From NCBI GenBank assembly GCA_951406725.2, contig OX597831.1, positions 16,988,001-17,052,000 on the forward strand: a DNA stretch of 64,000 nucleotides, read 5' to 3'. A program made the position numbers and the translations under genes. Every line of letters begins with the position of its first letter. Positions within the stretch are counted from its first letter, which is position 1. The DNA comes from Octopus vulgaris (lineage: Eukaryota). This document shows, piece after piece, positions 59,001-64,000 of this stretch. The notes beneath the pieces were generated by a model. That model saw only the letters and a list, made by a program, of their open reading frames with translations, was not told the DNA's origin and searched no databases.

Positions 59001-59400
59001 GTCAGAGATCATGAAGAAAAAAATGCTTTCTAATTGATGTATCAATACCAGCAGATGACAACGTGCCTCTAAAAGAAATGGAGAAACTTTCAAAATATAA
59101 AGACCTGGAAATAGAGGTAACCAGAATGTGGAATCTAAAAACAGAAACAATTCCTATCGTAGTAGGTGCATTAGGTATATTTAAAAATAATCAAACAAAT
59201 ACATAACAAAAACACCAGGACTTACAAACACATATAACACACAGAAACTTGCACTACTGGGCACTGCACACACCCTACGCAGAACACTTTCCATACAATA
59301 ACCATCAGAGCATCACAACAAATCACAAAACTTTCCGAAGTCACACAGAGCTGCGCTCGGAATTGAAGCGAATGTACGCTATAAAAATAAAAATAAGAAC
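56045..59400 (+). mobile_element. Second long copy of the R4/Dong-type family A element, degenerate, with internal (GAA)n expansion
   Basis: ORFs 56243-56575, 57047-57355 and 57438-57929 are nearly identical to the 20397-24356 copy; it starts after (TAA)n and has the same 3'UTR (cacacagagctgcgctcgg). Confidence 0.92.
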
Positions 59401-60153
59401 AATAATAAAATTAATAGGGTCTAAAACTCCAAACTTACAGGGATAAATTGAATTTAGTATGAAATGAGAACCGCTATGTTGGAATATATGTGTATGAGAG
59501 TGTGTGTAAATTTAAACACACTCATACACACACATATATTGCAAGAATGGGAGAAATGTCTTATATATTATACATAAAATATTTCATGAAAATATTACAC
59601 GCTGCTTAGGAACTCAAAGGAGAATACATATGCAATATTTAATCGTTGTTACTCGAATGATGCTCAATTCCAACTGTTATAATATTAATTGAAATATATT
59701 AGAGAGGCGCGAAAGTCTTAATAGTATGACGAATTTTATTACTTTTCCTTCATAAGCTGGTTCAAGAAATGTTACACGTAGTCTTAATGAATCTTTATAA
59801 AATATTTCTCATGTCGTAAATATTATCCTGATACGCACTCAGAAGATTTCAAATATTCTAAATATGACTTTATTTAGTACTTAAGTTGTCATGTGTAGAA
59901 ATTGACGAAGAGTATAAGTTCTAAACCCGTAGCATTGTTTATTATAATATCAAGCCTTTTTGCTGTTGTTGAGGTGATGTTCATATTGTTTTGTTGTTAT
60001 GTTTATAATATGCTTGTTACATTTGTATGTATTGTAAATTTCTGGAAGTTTCGTTCAGATACAGGGCTATGCATTCTAATTTCTGTTTGTTCAATACACT
60101 AATTCCTAAATCTTATTTCTGATTAGCTGCAATTTCCATTCTTCTCTTTGCCA

Positions 60154-60631
60154 CCCTGAAACTCGAGACAGTGTGAATCATGAGTTGAAGACGGGAAGGA
60201 CGGCTTCCCTTTGCAAATACTGATAGGGCACAGAAAGTGTGTCTATAGCCAGCTGGAGGAGGTGTCCTCCTGGGGCTACAAACTACCGTAGCATCCACCC
60301 TTAGGGGTTAGCCATATTCAAATGGCAAATATACGTCATGATGTGTTGCTTCTACTGTTTATAACTCGCTCTGAGATTTATCATTGTTTGATTTCACTTT
60401 CTCAATATCAGTGTCAATCGATACTGGAAAAAGTATATGTATTTGTGAAGGGAACCGACTTCTCCTCGACAACTATGATTGTCATACGCCGATGACGGGT
60501 CAATGCCCTGAAACTCGAGTCCGTGTGTATCATGAGTTGAAGAAGGGAAGGTGTCCTCCTGGGGCTACAAGCTACAGTAGCATCCACCCTTAGGGGTTAG
60601 CCATATTCAAATGGCAAATATACGTCACGAT
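60154..60631 (+). mobile_element. Partial tandem repeat (period 352 bp) containing a hammerhead; retrozyme/pLTR-like
   Basis: ccctgaaactcgag...ggcaaatatacgtca.gat occurs at 60154 and 60506; non-coding; inserted in intron 1 of pseudogene E. Confidence 0.75.
60483..60527 (+). ncRNA. Minimal type-I hammerhead ribozyme motif
   Basis: catacg-CCGATGA-c-gggt(caat)gccc-t-GAAAC-tcga-GTC-cgtgtg: 6-bp stem I, stem II, palindromic ACTCGAGT stem III, GUC site; U4C core variant. Confidence 0.78.
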
Positions 60632-61210
60632 ATATATACATATATATTTATGGGTCTGCCTACCGCTCCATGTATGTGTCTGTGAATGTGTGTCCTTTAG
60701 CGCAACGTTAAAAAAATGGTAAGAATTTATATCTACTCACTTATGATAAGAAGAACGTTAAAATTTGAAGCGTTCACGTTCAGCTGATGGAGAAGTGGAT
60801 GAACATAGATTTCCTACATTTTATATAAAGAAAAGCCGCGCAGGAGGAGGGCGGTTTTATGTCACATAACAGAAACGAATATTCCATTTTGTTACCTGGC
60901 AATTCTATGTATTGTATTTATGTAATTTTTATAATCTATGAAATATATTTGACCACCTGTTTCTTCCACAAGAGACACCAGGTTTAGTTCTATTCGGACA
61001 TTGTATAAATTTGTGGTAGGGTAGAAATATCGGGGAAGTATTAGCTGATTCTGCGGGATAAATAAAATTACTCGTCATATTGTGACCTGAGGATGTATTC
61101 CTGAAAAAATATATCTCCGGTAATTGTTCCCTTGTCAAGAAAAGTAGAAAATTCCATACATAATATTAGAAAATATACACACACACGCGCGCACAAGCGA
61201 ACAACACTCA

Positions 61211-61254
<44 letters not shown>

Positions 61255-61875
61255 TTTTATATGTCTACGTATACAGATACTTTATTTCACTAAAAAAATT
61301 CGAATTTTAAAATGTATAAGAATACTTTTGGATATTTCATTTTAAATTTTTTAAAGACTTAACCGCTTTCACAATATTTTCTGATTAAAGCCCGATATTT
61401 GGGTTGTTTCAATTTCACGACACCCATTTCTGCAGTAATCAAAGTAACATTGTTAGACTCCTCTGCCAACATAATTTCTATGTAGTATGTTAACCGGATT
61501 GATAATCCCTCAGTATTTCTTCAAAGCGCGCGTGTGTGTGTGTGTTTGTTTAAAGAAGTCAGATTGGAACAAGCAATTATGCTATGGACTTCATGACATA
61601 GAGGGGGAGAACAGAAAATGTGTGAATGGCCACAACAATTGAAGCTGCAGGTATTCTGGAACACTAATTATTGCAGATTTTAAAGGTAGAAAGTGCGAGG
61701 AAGTTTCCCGCAAAGGGAATAGAACCAATAATCAAAATACTTTAAATACTGACGAATTTATACAAAATCGTGCACAGACATACCATTGATAAATCTTGTG
61801 ATACACACATATAGGACACACACATATCTATATAACTGAAGGAACTTCATCGTATATGTATATGTGTGTATATAC

Positions 61876-61956
<81 letters not shown>

Positions 61957-62168
61957 TATATTCTTTTATACTTTTATTTATTTTAGTCATTTGACAGCTC
62001 AATGCTGGAACACCCCTTTAGTCGGACAAATCGACCCTGTCACTTATTCTTTGTAGGCGTAGTACCTATTGTATGGTATATTTTCCTAAGCCACTAAGTT
62101 ACGATGATTTAAACATGGCAATATTAGTTGCAAACCGATGGTACGGTGTCAAACACACACACACAGAA

Positions 62169-62204
<36 letters not shown>

Positions 62205-63219
62205 GGTGAGCCCCTTTGAGTTTTGTTTACAAAATCCATTTGCAGGCTTTATTCACCCCGTGACCTTAATAGAAAACTCTTCCCCGTATTGTCGCGCAGT
62301 GGAGCTCAAACTGGGAACATGCCATTTGGAACCAAGCTTCTTATCACACATTCTTTTTTTTGTTTCCATCATTTGACTACGGTCATGTTAGAGCAATCGA
62401 CCCCAAGAATTATCATTTGTAAACCTTGTACTTATTCGATATTTCTCTTTCCCTCAATCGCTAACTAACGGGGACGTAAACATACCAGCACCTGTTTTCA
62501 AGCGATGGTTGGGACAGGCTGACACAATGACTCACGTACATAAATTCACACACAAACACAAGCATTCAGACATACACGCACATATACGGCACGTTTCTTT
62601 CCTTTTCCCTCTACCAAAGCACCTCTCTCTCTTCACACTTGCGTTTCATTTAACTTTCTGGACAGTAGTAGCCCTCGCCGTAGGGATAAGTATATAACTA
62701 ATACAAAACTACGATCTACCTATGTTTCTCCTAACGCAGTGTACTCCATTCTACCTCTCATCATTTGTCCAACTTTGAAAATGCTAGCATCCTTTTCCCC
62801 TTACTATAGATTACTATCTAACCGTTCCCTCCTATCCTGCATTTACCTAAGAAATATCGGATCGCATTGCAATTAAATAGATTCATTTAGATCTCTCCTG
62901 CGTCTCTGTATGTAAGGAATGACAAAAGCAATCATTGTTCAGGATGTTTTATTCCACTACGATGTATATTGAATGTATTTCAATTTATCCCTCTCTCACC
63001 GATGATGGAATACGCAGCATATGATGTCTTCGCTCGGCAAGATTTTCAGGTCTTTGGGATATCGAAGAAACTGCTGTCAGAGGCTATATCTACCATTTAT
63101 TATTTGGCTAATTATACTTAAATATCATTGTCAAGTCTGGTCAAATTGTCGCTTCTTCTAAATACTTTAACATGGGCGCACACACACATACACGCACTCT
63201 CTCTTTCTCACATAATCAC

Positions 63220-63259
<40 letters not shown>

Positions 63260-63900
63260 GTACTCACACATACACACAAACGGACACATATAAATGATCA
63301 CACACATACACCTACGTATGCCTGCTTGTGTATGGGAGCTTTTGATATATGTACGTCATACTTAGCACATTGACAGAGAGGCAATTAATTTTAATTGTTA
63401 TTACAAACCTAATTCCTCCAGACAATGAATAACAGCTGCATATTCAAAATTTATTGCACTTTAATGAAGCAAACATCTGTTTCATGATATGTAAATCTAA
63501 AAGTAAAAGCATTACGAAATAGAGTGCTTCATCATAAATTCAGTGTTTCTAATCCCAATTTTGTATTCGCTATTAAGATTCAATTTCATAAACTTGCCGT
63601 CAAAAAGAGGCAAATAGTTTTTACTTACCAGAATATCATACGTTTTGATTACCAGAAAAAAAGGGAAATATCTACAACCTTATTTGCAAGAAAATAAGAT
63701 TTTTTCTCAGAACTCATTTCCATAAAATAAGCAATATACTACTTAAATGCACACACACGCAATGTTGATGGAAGCTGCAGAAAACTATATAAATGCAAAA
63801 CTGATACTAATGGATCGCATCCTACCCAAGACTTGAAACCTCTATGTATACGCGTGGAAAACTCTTCATTGTGTATATATTATATATGTATATATATAAT

Positions 63901-63963
<63 letters not shown>

Positions 63964-64000
63964 ACTAACTTCGGAAGCGTTATGTGTGTATGTATATATA

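Larger units (their letters stand above)
59610..60805 (-). pseudogene. Paralog E, inverted truncated pseudogene (exon 1 ~60741-60805, exon 2 59610-59673)
   Basis: Reverse complement reads acag|ttggaattgagc...aacaacgATTAAATATTGCATATGTATTCTCCTTTGAGTTC|ctaagc: start ATG>ATT, in-frame TGA, donor GT>CT. Intron 1 (59680-60150) and upstream region (60830-61150) align with C and D. No downstream exons were found. Confidence 0.75.

Overview
AT-rich, repeat-dense animal DNA. The microsatellite load and repeat families resemble octopus/cephalopod genomes (inference, not verified). Most listed ORFs are microsatellite artefacts or transposon debris. The repeats comprise (TAA)n-associated R4/Dong-type RLE retrotransposons (one near full-length copy at 20397-24356), a CR1-group LINE, RTE fragments, Penelope-like elements with minimal hammerhead ribozymes, Tc1/mariner and Helitron remnants, and SINEs. 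Hidden among them, and almost invisible in the ORF track because the exons are only 34-122 nt, is a tandem family of five paralogous 5-exon genes (A-E). They encode ~110-aa proteins with a signal peptide, a 6-cysteine core and a C-terminal hydrophobic (GPI-like) tail. Copies C (34196-37483) and D (48990-52797) are intact, A is partial in the window and lacks the hydrophobic tail, and B and E are pseudogenes. The mature-domain exons are more diverged than the neighbouring introns, and the Cys core resembles neuritin/CPG15. A second notable object is a head-to-head tRNA-derived SINE with a hammerhead tail, a target-site duplication and a paralogous empty site.
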